A stretch of DNA of 64,000 nt from Phoronis australis (lineage: Eukaryota > Animalia > Phoronida): the NCBI GenBank assembly GCA_002633005.1, contig NMRA01000136.1, forward strand, positions 192,859 through 256,858. Reading direction: 5' to 3'. Both the position numbers and the translations under genes were made by a program. The notes beneath the pieces were generated by a model. It made no database searches. It was not told where the DNA came from and saw only the letters and a list, made by a program, of their open reading frames with translations. Positions 14,701-29,700 of this stretch are shown piece by piece. The stretch's first letter is position 1, and each line of letters begins with the position of its first letter.

Positions 14701-17700
14701 TTCACGCCGACAGGAGGCGCATTCCAAAACGAGGCTCGCTACGATAGCTCTGTTAGCTTATCGGCATAGGTCTGTGTTTCAGACCATGTTGTTCCGCGAA
14801 CGGCTAGAAAAAATACGGACACGCAACTGTCTGCTTCACAATCTCTAAAGACATTGAGATTCGGAAGCGTTGGGTCGTTGCCGCGACGAAGAAAAATATA
14901 TCCGTGTAAAATTTATAAATGTTTTCGAAAAGTTAGATCATATTTTGTCGCATGTCGGTCAGTTGTTAAGCATATCATAGTAACGACCAGAGAATGGGCC
15001 AGCCAGGCTGTGTTTTCATGACTACGGATTTAGGGGGTTGGGCATGGCCCCCCCTAAAATTGTATCAGATCCCATTTTTAAGTTCGGGTGCGAATTGCTG
15101 ACTAGCACACGTGCGCAACGGGGAGTGAATAAACAACGCATAGGCGCTGAATGAACCCCGTTTACCGTTTTTTTTAGTCAACAGGTCCGCAAACCCAAGA
15201 ATTCAAGACCCCTGCATCCCCAGAGTNNNNNNNNNNNNNNNNNNNNNNNNNNNNNNNNNNNNNNNNNNNNNNNNNNNNNNNNNNNNNNNNNNNNNNNNNN
15301 NNNNTGAAAAATCTCTCTGAGTTCAAATCACCTGTAACCACACAGGTGACAATTTTTAAGAGCACAAAAGGCTACTTTAAATTGAGGCAGAGCCTATGAG
15401 AGCTTGCAACAGGGCGGGGGTGCTATTGATGGTGATGGGGAGGTAGATTGTTCCTGCCCTCACTCGGCGAAAAAATCGCCTCTCAGTAGGCACTGGCACC
15501 GTTCCCCTCGGATGAAAGAGGCTCCTGCAGAAACATGATAACTATGATTGCATTGTCCAGTTAACTGAAATTGAGTTCTAAAATGATGTTATGTTTTGGA
15601 CAAACGAAATCGGTGTTTTAATTTTAAAATTCAACTTGGTCCAGATTGATATTTGAAATCTAACACATGAAATAGACGTAAGAATTATTACAACCAAGAA
15701 AGCATTGATGGTCAAATAATTTTTATTTTCAATTACGAGCCTGGTTTTTTATTTTAATAAAAATATATTTAATAACATCAATTATTCTTTCAGACCAATG
15801 ACAAATCAACTGTTAGTCCCAGTGAGTGCATAGGATCAGGCTATGCTTGATGTTATTTGATCAACAAATTAAACCAGATGTGACTAATTGCACATGACAG
15901 ACACCACTGTCAAATATGTCTTCAACTCGTCAACAATACGAGCAGATGACCTGGTCTGCGTTGAAAGTATTTTGATCAACAATTTACAAGAAAAAACGTA
16001 ACCCTGCATTCAGCATAATACCTAATCCGTAACACTACGATCGCCGCAATTTGGTCATATTTACTTTTCATGTTTCGAACCTAGTTTTCCAAAAAATAAT
16101 TAAACCCTTTCATCAGACAACTTTTTGGTGCCTTAACTTGTTCTCTAATGTAATTTTCTACGTCTCTGTGGTTAATTGTGGACACATCATTAAAATTTAA
16201 TATCCAGGTTGGACTCAAAAGACCGGCTATTTAACTCACGCAATGTCTACTTTCGCTTTGTTTATCGCAGTGAGCCTCGCTTTGGGTCTTAATTGCCGCC
16301 GCGTGAATAGGGTCTATGGGTTGGTAAGTTGGGGGTAGTTCAGGTTCTGTAATGTGTTGACCTCTTCGATTTATTACAGAGCGATTGAAATGGAGCCCAT
16401 GTTACTGGACGCCTATTGGCACCGTCACCTGATATATCTGCTGCAAGGCAACAACCAGCAGGCACTGGAGGATGTCAACTTTCTACTCAAGCACAATCGT
16501 ATGCACAGTGGAGCTTATAGATCAAGGTAAGGCTGGGTCACCTCAAATTATGAGCTCTTCTAAGTCAAACTACAGGGTGTTTCAAAAGGCTGTCTAATTA
16601 ACTCATTTAGTTCATGGAAATGTAAATACAGTACACACCAAAAGTATTCTTATAAAATTACCCTGAATTTACTGTCATGACAGCTGAGCACATGTGGAAT
16701 TCACCATGACAGAGAAATGGTATTTTGTCCGATTACTTTTGGCATACACTGTAGGCCTCCTATTTTGTCTGATTACTTTTGGCATACACTGTAGGCCTCC
16801 TATCCTCTTTATAACATGTATACATTTTACAAGTCAACATACAACAATTATAAATTGAAAATATAATGTAAGCAACAATTCTGGTTTCCTGTGAATCCAT
16901 AATATAACAGATCTGTTTTCTACTTAAATAATTGCACTGTTGTTTAATAAGTATTCAAATTTTTAACATCATAACTTTATAAAACTGTCTTCAGTTCTAT
17001 CTGCAGTAAATGGACGATGTCTTATTTTGCTGTCAAGCGAGCAAATGAGTAAAAAATGAGTTCTGCTTTCTCTAATTTTGAAATCACGTGATGGACAATG
17101 TCGCAGGAAATATTGCAATGTGGTTTATGGTAAACAATTTCCTGATGCATTTAGCAATTATTATAAGACAGTATTTTTGTACAAGTCCTTTTATTTTCTT
17201 GAAGAGCTGAGATCTACAAAGCCCAAGGTGATATAACCATGACGATAATTAACTACACCCAGGCCATTAAAATTAACCCGAAAGATCATGAGGCTTATTT
17301 TTGTCGAGCAGAGATGTATGAGAAGGTAAGACCATTTGCAACATGTTTTAAGTAATTTCAACCTGAAGGAGCTTGTAAATTTGACAAATTAGCAAGAAAA
17401 TGCATGCTGTTTTGCCCAGGTTTGGGTTATCTGTCAAACAAAAGTACATCATGGGTTGGCAATAGAGGACGCCATGTAGTCTTAGGATGTGGTGAGACAG
17501 CTGATCAACAATGATAAAGTTGGTTCCTAGAAGATTCATTTTTATGCTCAAACAAAAAATTGTGCCTGTGGCTGTATAGTCAGCATTCTGGTCAACCATC
17601 ATTACCTTTGCTTGTCCAATGATTTTCTCAAAATCCTGGTGACAGATCATAACGAAGCATGGTACGGAGTTTTGTAGCATGATTGCGCTGGCACCAGTCT

Positions 17701-20700
17701 ATTTGTCAGATATCTGACAATAAACTGTCTGTCAATTTTTAGTTTTTGTCTTTTTGATTTTTTGTCAAATTGGCTTGAAAGATTTTTGATGGACATTGAA
17801 AAAGAGGTGTATGGCTGTGATTAGTCTAATATGAAGAGTTGCTTCACAAAACAAGATTTTTGTTGGAAAGAAATAGTGTGGTTTAGAACATGCCTCACTT
17901 TAGGATATATCAGGTTTTGCTGAAAAAGGATCAAAGTACGGAGTGACTCTGCTAATCAATTGTAATATGGTGGTTCTAAATTTTTTTATGTGTCCGGTGT
18001 CTCATTTTGTGACGAAACTCTTCAATGATACTGATATTGAAGTTGAAACTGGTCTGCTGGATTACCTTTCTTTGGTTTCCTAGATCAGTGGTACTAATGA
18101 ACACCCCTAGAAGTATACCGTTTGTGGTCCAGTTGTCTGTGCATTTCAATGCTGTGCATTGCTCTTGTTTAAGTTTACAATTCACCTGCAAGTTAAGAAG
18201 TATTCAGATAGATTGGTGTAAGATACACTTGTGATATTTCAGCGAAATGAAATGTTGCTAGCCATGGAAGACTACGCCATTGCTACACGCCTGGCTCCAC
18301 ATAAGACCGAAGCCATAATGAGGCATGCGTTGTACTACTTCAAAAATGAGTGAGTATTTAGTAGTTTTGTTCATTTGAAAGAGATTTAAGGCGTTAAAAT
18401 GTTTCTAAGAAATAGGCTTTGACAAATGACCAGGAATTATTGTGAAGGAAAGTTTGTGGTGCCTAGACGTTGTCAATCTGGTCTTGTTTTGCCAAAATTG
18501 TGACTAATATTGTAAAGAAAAGTAGTTGAAGTGATGTTGACTGTCCAGAATGTAAGTTGAAAACAGCTTACTGAAGCAAAGATAAAAATTGCTCAGAAAC
18601 TTGTAATCGGACTCAACAAAAACAGCTAAGGTGGAAATCCAAAGTCTGCGAATAACTGACATCAAATTATGGTAATGCTTTGCCCTTAAATTAGCCAAAT
18701 TTTCTGATAGAAGTAATTTTGACATGGTTAGAATTCATAAATACCGTGTTGTCAGATGCTTTCTCTACCTTGAAATGTTTAAGAAACTGGCAAGCTTCGA
18801 TCAATGATTTCTCCGAGCTCCTGAAGATAGAGCCACTGAATGCACCTGCTCGGATGTACCGAGGTCGCGCGTACTCTAAGCTCAACCAGTGGAACAGCGC
18901 TGTTGAAGATCTATCAGCAGCCATTCATCTCGACCCGAAAAACAGCCAGGCTCTGTATTACAGGGGTTGTATACTTAGAAAGTAAGTGTCAACTACAGGC
19001 CTTGAAGCAATTATCCTAATTTTGGAATTGATTATGTATCTATTGGGTATGTGGCTGGAGATCCGACAGATACCCCTCCACCTACTTTTTGTTTTCACCA
19101 CATTAAGACCCTACAATTGAATTCTGGAAGTGTTATTCCTTATATAACTCCTTTTGGTGAAAACGTAACTATCTTAATACAGATTTATAGGCTATTCCGT
19201 AGGTCAAAAGTGTGGACCCCAGCATAAGACTTTTTTACTCAGATGGTCCTATTCAGTGACACATCATGGCAGTGCCCCATTGGACTTACAAGCAGTTTCT
19301 GGCGAGATTCATTATTTTGCTGGGACACTTAAACAGTACCTTAGATTGCTCTTAGCCCTGATAAACATGGCGAGATCAAAGGTAATGGACCAGGGTCAAA
19401 AACTCTGGACTCTACTCGAAAGTTGAGCGCAAGCTTAAATCTACCTAAAAGTTAAAGCTTTTGTATTCAGAAATGATGTGACCATCATATTTTTTGCATT
19501 CAGTCAACAGTGAGTTTTCAATGCAGGTGTCACCCCAAGAAGGCATTGCAAGACTTCAGTATATCCATCCTGTTGGATGATAGTGAGGCTAACTATTCAG
19601 CTCTGTTACACAGAGGGATACTGTACAATGCTATTGGAAAGTAAGTGATTCTGTCAATGTCAATGAGTTGTTTGGTTTACTGTGACTGTGAGTTATACTG
19701 GTGACATTTTGGTCACGTGAATGATAGAAATTTAAAACAAGTGTTATATTAATATTTGAGCTATTTTTATCTAGCATCAGGTAGTTTTGATATATTGAAA
19801 TGTGTATTGTGAAGAAGGACCTGTCTCTCCACCTGAACATATGTTGTTTGTTGATTGACAGAAAAAGCCTATTCTGAGATTATCTTATCATGGATTGAAA
19901 GACGATAGATCTTGTCTTACTGATAAACTCGGTTTTGCTAATTGATGCAACCAAGTCTTTGAAACATTTACAGCGAGTTTTTACAAGTCCTTTAATGTTT
20001 ACTTCCCTGAGAAAGTGTCAACTAATTCTTTCACTCAGGCAATTTTGGTTGTGTTAAAAAATAATTGTAATGTGGTTTTGATTCCAAAGATTCAAGTGGA
20101 GCCCACCTGAAATAAAAACTACAGCTAGCATTTTTTTAGTCATCTGCTTGGAATTTTTAACTTTTAGTTTGCAATGTTGAGTCGAGTACCTTTTTAACAT
20201 GAATGCTTGCTCTTTGACAGTCGTCACATCAGTTTACTGATGAATTAACTTTTGAAATTTTTTTGCAGACCAGAAGACGCCATTCCAGACTTTGAAGCAG
20301 TCCTCAAACTTAGCAATGATATTGCCCTGGCGCATGTTAATCTGGGGCTCATTTACATGACGAAAATGGAAAACTATCAGAAGTAAGCACCAGGTTCTGT
20401 TTTCTTGGAAGATCTCATTACATTGTGACCATTATTTGGTACAAAAATTGTTGTGACATTTATTTATTTATCTCATATAATCTCGTGACTCTGTCAGCCC
20501 AAACGCATTCTCAGAATGTCGGCTACTGATCTAAAATTTTGACAAAATGGGCTTGGGGACGTGAAGAAACATGACACTGTCTATGGGGTTCTTTCTCAAA
20601 ACAAGTGTTTCTAACGTTTATTCTTTTGTTATTCAATTTTTGTCCATTGATACAAAATTCTTGAAACTTTGTTGAGAACTGCCTTTGTGTGACAGGACCT

Positions 20701-23700
20701 TTAATCATGAGTTGTCCTACAGGTGTTGAATGGACATAAAATTGATAAGAAATTAACTATTGGCTACAAGGTAAAACAATACTTCTGCTGGTGGTATGTT
20801 TTTCTGTATATATTTCAGAATTATATTCACTGACATGTTATTGTTATCACTAGGTTTTGTAACACTTTCATACAAACTGTTTTACTCCCACAACACACTT
20901 GTGTAAATAACACAGCCTACTTAATTTCCAGAGCTATCAAGAAGTTCAGTAATGCAATCAAAGTAGACCCAACTTACGTGAGAGCTTACGTATGCAGGGC
21001 TGAAGCATATCATAGGATTCATGATGTGAGTAGTGCAGCTGTAGTATCATCTGTACTTTATCTGATATCTTGTCCTGGGTAGTACTACATTGTCACGCCT
21101 TTAGACCCATGGACTTATACCCGAAATAATGCCTTTTATGGCGGCTTTTTTTACCCAAGTGGTTCGCATATTGGTGCATGCACCTAAGTTTGGCATATAA
21201 GCCCTGGTATTGTCTCCTACATAGGCCCATGTATAAATTGGTATACAGACACACCCATTTTGACTACCGCTGTGCCTCCTAATGGCAATTTTTTTACATT
21301 TGCCTCTGTATCTTTGTAGTTCCTTGGCGTATATTCAAGAAATTTGTAGTAGTTTTGTATATTATGCCACACCTTTAAGCCCATGTGCCTTATATTCAAA
21401 ATAATGCCTTTTTTCATGGCCTGTTTTACTCAAGTGATTTGCATATTGACACATGTGCCTAAGCTTCGTGTATAAACGCAGTTCTGCACAGTCGCCCATG
21501 AGCCTAATGGTTCGGCATTGCCGTATGGTTTGCAAGCTTTTTAGCATAGTTAAACATCGTGTAGCAATGCAGCTAGATTCTTGGTTATGCTGACTTGAAA
21601 ATTTTTTATTTTTGGTAAAACGTATGACAATAATCATGATAATGGAAGCAATTATGATAGTAATAAATAGCCCTTGCTACAGTGGGATGACAGAAAAAAT
21701 AGAAACTTTGTAAATAGATTCATAAAAAGATCATTGAAACCACAATAAACCTTTGTTGTCTGTGAAAAAACAACTGATATTTCATGCCACTTACCATTAT
21801 AAAATGAAGGTCTCATCTTATTCTTTACTTAGATTTTAAATGATTTCTAAGCTTTAGACGAACTAACGTTCTATTATTGCTTCTGATCAGGTTCATTAAG
21901 TTTGCTTGACAAGGCAAGTTAGTTTCAGGTGCCAAAACAGTATGGCTATCAAGAGAATTCCTGGTATTTTATTGCAATTAATTTCACTTCTAACAAAGAA
22001 TGAGAATGCGATGATATTACTTTGGAAGGGAAATGTGCCTTTGAAGCAAGTTGATTCTGATACCGAAACGTGTAGCTTTAACTGTTCATTACCTTTGACA
22101 GCGTATACCAAGCTTTTGGTAATTTTAAAGAACTGTTATTTTCCTCTTTTGGTTTTAAGCATTAGCTTAAAGTGTAAGCTTTTCTACAAGAATTTTGATG
22201 ATATACAAGTGTTTGTCTTTTTTATTTCCAGCCCAAAAATGCTTTGCTAGATTTTACTCGAGCAATTCACATTCGTCCTGACATCCCCCATTATTATATG
22301 TACAGGGTGAGTTGAAAGTTTGTTTACAGCTTGTGTTTGGATTTGTGCAGGTGGTAACTTGTTGAAATTTATTTGCTATCCCAATGGTTATAATGAAATG
22401 AATTTGTCAAAGAGTGTTTGTTGTGTAAAATCCATGGAAAGTGGAGAAGATTTTAAGAGGTGAATTGACATTGTTTGTATATTGGTCAAAGGTTAGAGAT
22501 TCCTCAGTGCTCAGTGAAAACTGTTGTTGGAAGGTTCAGAAAATTATTATAAGTTTGTTGGAACTGAAGTTAAATTATAGCATACTTTTAATGGTGAAAT
22601 TTTACTGAGTAGATACAACATAGTGAGAATAACACAGTTACTTAACTTATTTCTTGAATAATTTTTTCTTGTAAAATCACAAATTTCCACTGACATCCTC
22701 TAACATTAATTATGTATCCGTTCAGGGTCAGATGGTGCTAGAGTTAGGAAACCTTGAGCTGGCAGCGTTCTGCGTACGTCACGCCTCAGAGTTCAACGTG
22801 GGCATTGCAGCCAGCCCCACACAGGTGGCTGTTGTGCAGTCTTTCCTGAAGAATTATAACAAGGTAATGAACGCCTTTTATCACTATTCCTCCCTCTAAA
22901 TATACAAACTTCCTGTGATTGCATCTATACTGTGATGATGAACTGTATGCTTTATTTTAATGCTTAAAAATTTCAATTGATGCATCCATCCTGTATCAGA
23001 ATACTCTCAGAAAACTGTCCATGTCCAGTATTTCCTTTAATTTCATTAGATATTTTGCAAGAGCATAGAACATGATATCTGAATTTTAAAATAACAATGA
23101 CCAAAAGGCTGTGTCTGCCAATTCACTCACATAAGCCGACATCAGTGGCCGATGAATAATATGTGGCACATGTAGTCCTGGGTCTGAATTGGAGCCTTCA
23201 AAATTCACTCCATATTCAATTGTAAGGGGTATGATTTAGCATTGTGAATATGGAGACAATGTGAAATTTTTACAACTCTAGATCTTTTTTCTTTAGGCCA
23301 TCAGTGCTCTCCAGGCAGCCACACGCTCAAAGCCTATTCCGTCGCTGTTTGTCCTGCTAGGAAAGACTGAGATGAAGGCGAAAATGTATAAAGAGGCTGC
23401 AGAAAGCTTTGAGAAAGCTTTAAATATACTGGTAGGTCTTCAGATTAAATGGCCTGTTTGAGATCTGCTCAATTGATATTTGTTGTCTGTTTGGTAAGCT
23501 AATTCAGTGCTTGTGCATTATGATTGTCTGCAGGTTGAACCTGTTCTATTGACAGGGTATCTGTTACCTACATTTACCAACTCCCCCCCCCCCCTANTCA
23601 TCTTTTGTACAGGCTAATTCAGTTTGAAAATATTTTTATCTCAATAATAACCAACTTGGCTAGAAGATGTTTATTGATTGTCTATGACTGGTCACTTGAG

Positions 23701-26700
23701 AGGCATGTTTGCCATTTGTCTTGAAATCTAGCTCTCATGTGCAGCTTAGCTGTTTTCTGTAACAAGAGGTAAAAAACAACGCTAACCGTGTTGTTAATGA
23801 GTGATAGCACAGTATTTGTATCCTTGGTTACGTACAAAAATATTGTGGAATTCATTTTCTCAACGCTACCGAGAGTGGGATTCATATCTTCACAGCAAGA
23901 AGACAAAATGTTGTAGAGTTGACTAGACCAACACACTGAACAATCATGTACTGGATCACATGCTGGTGTTTTTTTTGTAATAAGTACTATGGAATTGCCC
24001 AGTTGTGCTCAGCGAGTGACATTTATTATGACTAGCTGCTTGTGAATGTGGCCAGCTATTTGAGTCTAGAAAATTGCTATGGGTTTGTTTACCTTGATTT
24101 GTGTCACCTGTTGTACGTTTGTTTAGCTTTGTTTCATGTGCTTATATGGCATGCAGTGCTGTACTTTTTGTAATCATGTCATAAAATTCTAGGAACCAAA
24201 AAGTCAGGTAAGATAAGTGAACCTAGCTATTCTATCAACCTTTCTATCAAAGGACAGATGTGAATTCTTTTGCTTTAAATATGGAAGCATATCCCATTGA
24301 TATTGTGTAAGAAATGATCTGTGGAAACATAGAAAAGGAAATGTTCTGCAATGTTGCTGCTTATTTTTTTTCTTTTCCTGAACTACTACGTTCTTTCTTG
24401 GCATTTATTGTGAGATTGCTTCAGGGTGTACCCCTTTATTCCCTGCCTTTTTTCGTTTTTTCAAGCATCTACGGTAAAAATTCTTTAACAATTGCTAAAA
24501 TTGCCACATTTCGATTTTTCAGAGGCTTACCAAACTGTTACTAATGGTCAAAACTTCAAATACTGTTTCACCATACAAACTAAGCTAAAAACAAACTAAG
24601 TATAAATTCCTGAAAAATAATTTTTATGGAAATTTGAAAAAACGAAATAAAACCAGTCCACCATATTGTGTCTCAAACTGAAGAACTTTTACCGCATTGT
24701 TCTTGAAGTCCATTTATCTTTTAGTTTGTGAGACTGTGTTACGGTGTTGTTTAGACACACCTTTTGCTTGGCTGTGGCTTTTAGACATTGTCTGCTGTTT
24801 CTACATTGCAGAGACCAAAGATTGCTAAAACTGTCATTTTGGTAAATGGTTCTTTTCCAGCGTTCTTTGGCATTTATCATTTTGTCTTTGGAAACTTGGC
24901 TTCTTGGTTGTCTTCTCTTTAGTTTTGTTTGTTTTTCTTGCTTTGCAGCTTAGATATTGCAAGCGATATCAGAGATTTTGACTATTCAAATAAACTGAAA
25001 TGTTTATGGTGCTGATAAAAATGTGCTTTTAATTTTTGAAAATATATCCTGTTCTGAAATATAAAATTATACTAATTGACTTTGACTGTTGGTACTGCAT
25101 TTTTGTCAAAGTAGTGCAACACAGATTCTTGCCTTGTTACTGGGATTGAACAGAACTGTTTTGCAAAGAAGATGATTTTTTACTTTTGTCAGGAATTAAT
25201 TCACTTGCTGTGCTTGTGAACACTGAACTCATTCAAATGTTGTTATTCTAGAAACCCTGGCAAGCTATGCAAGTATGGCCTAAAGAGGCCGCTGAGGTCA
25301 ACTATATGATTGGACTGTGCTACATGGAGCTACGGAACTACTTGGGAGCCCACGATGCCTTCAACAACGCTGTCAGAATTGACTCTAGTCATGCCGAGGT
25401 AAATATTTGTGAATTTGAAGGTCAGGATTACGGTAAAAATTCTTCAATTTGGGATAAAAAATTGTTAAAATTACCATATTTCTATTTTTCAGATGCTTAA
25501 CCATATTGTAACAGTTCTAAATGCTCAAAATTTCATCAAATGTTGTTTGGTAATACCTACTCGATACAAACCATGCTAAGAGCAAAGCAAAATGAATTGT
25601 CCTGGAATTTTTCGGGAAATTTGACAAATATTGCATCTGTCTGCCATGTTATGTACCAAACTGTAGAATGTTTTACCATACTAGGAGTCTGTTTGCCCAC
25701 ATTTTCTTCTCATTTGCTGTTTGCAAATTATGAAATAAACCTTGTTTAACTGGACTCATTTTCCATACCAAGGCAGCAGGAATTATAGGAGACCTATAAA
25801 GGGGCTAAAGCTGTCCAAGTTTGGAAGTTCACTCTGACCATTTTAAACATCAGCATTTGACATTTTTTTTACTTGTCAACCCCTTGGGTGATCTGTCTGG
25901 GAGAAATTGATTTTTATTAAAATATGAAATTGCTTTTGATATTTTGGGGCATTAAGTTTGAACTTGTAGTTTAGACAGTGAATTAGATAAAAATGTCCCT
26001 TTAAGTGGGTTTCGTAAGGTTATAAAAGCTGTCAAGATCTACTCCAATAAAGGTGACATGAGTAACCAGCTGAGTCAAAATGACGATGTCAACATTTAAT
26101 CTTTGTTGCAATACAGAAGGAAGTGAGTTACAGGCAGATTTTATGCCATTTTTCTGTGATCTATTTTTGCTTTTTTCTCTTTGGAGTCAGTAGTTCTTGG
26201 ATTGTGAAAGATTGAAGGCGTAGACAAAACCCATTTTCGTTCAAACTTAATAGCAGTTAAGCTGCATTGTACTCAATCATTTTATTGTTTTTTAACAGGC
26301 TTACTACCAGAGGGGAATGGCGCGATTGAGACTAAAGAATGCTAAAGGAATTCTGGATCTTAATAAAGCATTGGCCATCAACCCGAAAATATTTCAGGTA
26401 TAGTATAGTGTAGTATAGTGTAGTATAGCATAGTGTAGCGTACTTTGTATCTATTTGTTGTTTTGGGGACATGATAGTAATTGATTGCCTCCACATCAAT
26501 GGAAAAATCTTAAATTATTGATCCTTCAGTGCAACTTGTTTTGTTTTTCAAAATTGGTTCGCTTTTTCTGTGGTGCTAAATTTTCAAGCCTGTTGAAGAC
26601 TTTTTCAAACACAATTATAATCATAAATCAAATCATTCCGTCTAATTGCATCATTTTGTTAATTTGTTCCAGGCGTATCTTAGCCGTGCCACATTTTATG

Positions 26701-29700
26701 GTATGCATGGTCGTTATTCAAAAGCCATCATGAACTGTAATGAAGCTCTGAAGCTGCAGCCAAAGAGCGTGCGGGCCTATCTGTACCGTGGCGCCCTCAA
26801 GTACCATATTAAGGCATACACTCTGGCCATTAAAGACTTGAGCAAGGCTACAGAGATAGACTGTCAGTGTGCATTAGCCTATTTCAACAGGGCAGTGTGT
26901 CAACACGACAGTGGAAACTTCAATAAGGTTAATGATTATGGGTAACTTATGGTAAAAAATCTGTGAGACAGTGAGGAATTAATTATTTTACTCAAGGTTG
27001 GAGTTTGTAGCTATATTGTCCATCCCAAATTCAAGAATTTTGTATTTTTATTGGCAGCTATTTCCAGGGATTTCATCTCAAACTTTGTTGATGCAAAAGA
27101 CAGTGTCTGATATTTCAGAAGCACCTTGCCAAATTGTGCTTGTCTTAATCTTCAGAATCAAGAAAATAAAATTTTGGCTTGAATTTCAGTGTCTCAAATT
27201 TTGGAGACTGTCCCAAACTGGAAACTTTATGCCGTAAATGCTGCTCGAATATTTTGTTGGAAACACTGCCATGCGAGAAATGAATACATTATGTATAGTG
27301 CCTGTACGGTGTGCATGCAAATTTTATTTTTGACATTGGTTTGAATCTATTAGTGTTTTTGCGAGGTTTGTAATCGTCACTTTTTGACAACAGCAAATTA
27401 CCGATTTTGATTTTGTGAATCTGTTGTGACGACTTTCTCCTACAAATACAATGATCATTAAAAATAGTTGTTATTATTATCATATAATAAGTCTTGAGGG
27501 TGCATTCAGTGTGGCAAAGCTATCAAAAAGTTATCTGCCAAACAAGTTCATTCAACTCCTCCATTGTACAGTATAAGCAAGTCTTGTTTTTGGTTTATTG
27601 TTTACTTTTAGTTTCAAAGAATTGTAAGGTCAGAGGTCAACCTTTAATCGTCAACCTATATATCCAAGGATATGTATGTTGACAACAGCTTTTTAGCTGA
27701 TGCTCATTTTCATTCATCCAGTATAGGTGAGAGTTATATTTACCACATCATGATTCTTTCTTAGGCTCTCCAGGATTACGGAATCGTGCTCATGCTGGGT
27801 GACGACCTCATGCTGAAGGTTCTCATCAACAGGGGGCTCCTTTATTACGAGCGACGTGACTTTCAGAATGCTCTCTATGACTTTTCTATGGCTGCCAAAG
27901 TAGATTCCCTTGACCCTCGGATACATCACACGCTGGGACTCTGTTATCACAAGTGAGATTATTAATGATAAGATTTCTATAATACTGTGTATTGTACTGT
28001 ACAAGGTTAAAGTATCGGACAAAAATGTGTAGTAACTATTATCATAGCTAAATTCTGGCTATGGAATGGCTTATATCCACCTTACTAACTTTCACGTTCA
28101 TTTGTTTTCATTCTTGGATGGGAGGAAGTCAACCCAGATTATCAATTTAGCTTCCACCCAGTCATCATGTCTGGGAACTCTGGGTCATTTTATATGAATA
28201 CTTTTGGTGTGTTCTATATGTTAGTGTGTGTCAGCACATATTACGATATTTGCTGTATCCTTAAGGTTGTTAAAGTGATCTCTAAGTAATTGTTATGGAT
28301 GAAGAGACAGTGTTGTCTGGTGGGGCAAGTGCCTGCTTCCTTTACTCAAGGTCATGAGTTCAAGTCCCACTGAGACACACTGCTTGACCCTTGAGTCAGG
28401 TTTCTAGGTCCCCGGCTCGGTTTTAATATGTTTACAATATAATAGTCGGATGTAACGTGCCCGAAGTTTGAGAACCTGTTTATTTCACTGAATAATCACA
28501 GGAAGAGATAACCATCTCTTCCTGATAGTGGGCATCAATGTGGTTCTCAAAATACGGGCACATTATATCCAACTATTGCCTGTTAATAAAGCATAAAAAT
28601 GCTTCCAGATGATTAGAGCAATGGAGCCACCTGAGTGACCTGCGCATGTACAATGTGTACCAGACCACCTGCAATTATTGTTTAAACTGTTGTGGAATCA
28701 TTACATGTATATATATATATGGCTGCATGATATTATTCTTTATTCCACAGACTGGGCAAGTTGCAGAAAGCAGTCGAGACATTCACCGTGTCTATCAAAA
28801 GGAATCGGTCATTTCTAGAGGCATATCTGGCTCGAGGGAATGTGTTCATGGACTACGGTCACCTACAGGGGCTCTACCTTGCCAGGTGAGAAGGCGAGGA
28901 GGTGTCCTTCAGTCTCAGTTTTAGTAGCACGGGGGTAACAATGTTTGTGGCAAAATTTCTTCAAATTAAAACACAATATGACATTTTTAGCAATATAATG
29001 AGTATTTGAAAAATGAAAAAAATTACAATTTTGGCAATTATTTATGCTTGAATTTAGGGAAAATTTACCTATTAATTGTACTATTTAGCGTAAAATCCGA
29101 TGACATAAATGTTATACAGTTAGTGTTATTGTGTTTTACTCTATGCACAGGTTCACCTAATGACTGTTCCTTTGTTTATTTGCAGACATGACTACGAGCG
29201 TGCCCTACACATCTCCCCAACATTCCTCCCCGCCCGTATTAATCTTGCTTACAGCCTGCAGGTGGAGGGCAAATTCCAGCAAGCTTGGAACCAGTTCACT
29301 ATGGCTCTGACTATTAATGAGAGTAAGATACTGTTTTATTTAAACTCACTAAAATCTGAGCCTACTACGATTTTATCCAAATAAGGTATCAACCATACCA
29401 CAGAACTTGAGATGTTGTGGCTTATCGGTCATAATGTAAAATGGCAGTTATACAGTGCTAAGGAATTCAAGGACTATTATCACCGATTTGACGAGGCTTG
29501 TCTATCAAGAGTGCTAAAAAGTTAAAGCAAACATCTTGATTCAATACTTAGGCAATTCTTGTTTTACACTTGGCTCATGAATTTTGACCATCCTGAGTAG
29601 CTAGGTGATCTGGCTACCTGGGATGGTCTGTTGCGACAAACTTGCATTATGTATGCATCGTAATTGGTGCAAGTTTTATTTTGTGTAAATTTTATCCATG

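Noticed and set aside
26398-26442. (TAGTR)n microsatellite after a TTC6 donor
   Set aside because: Ordinary simple repeat
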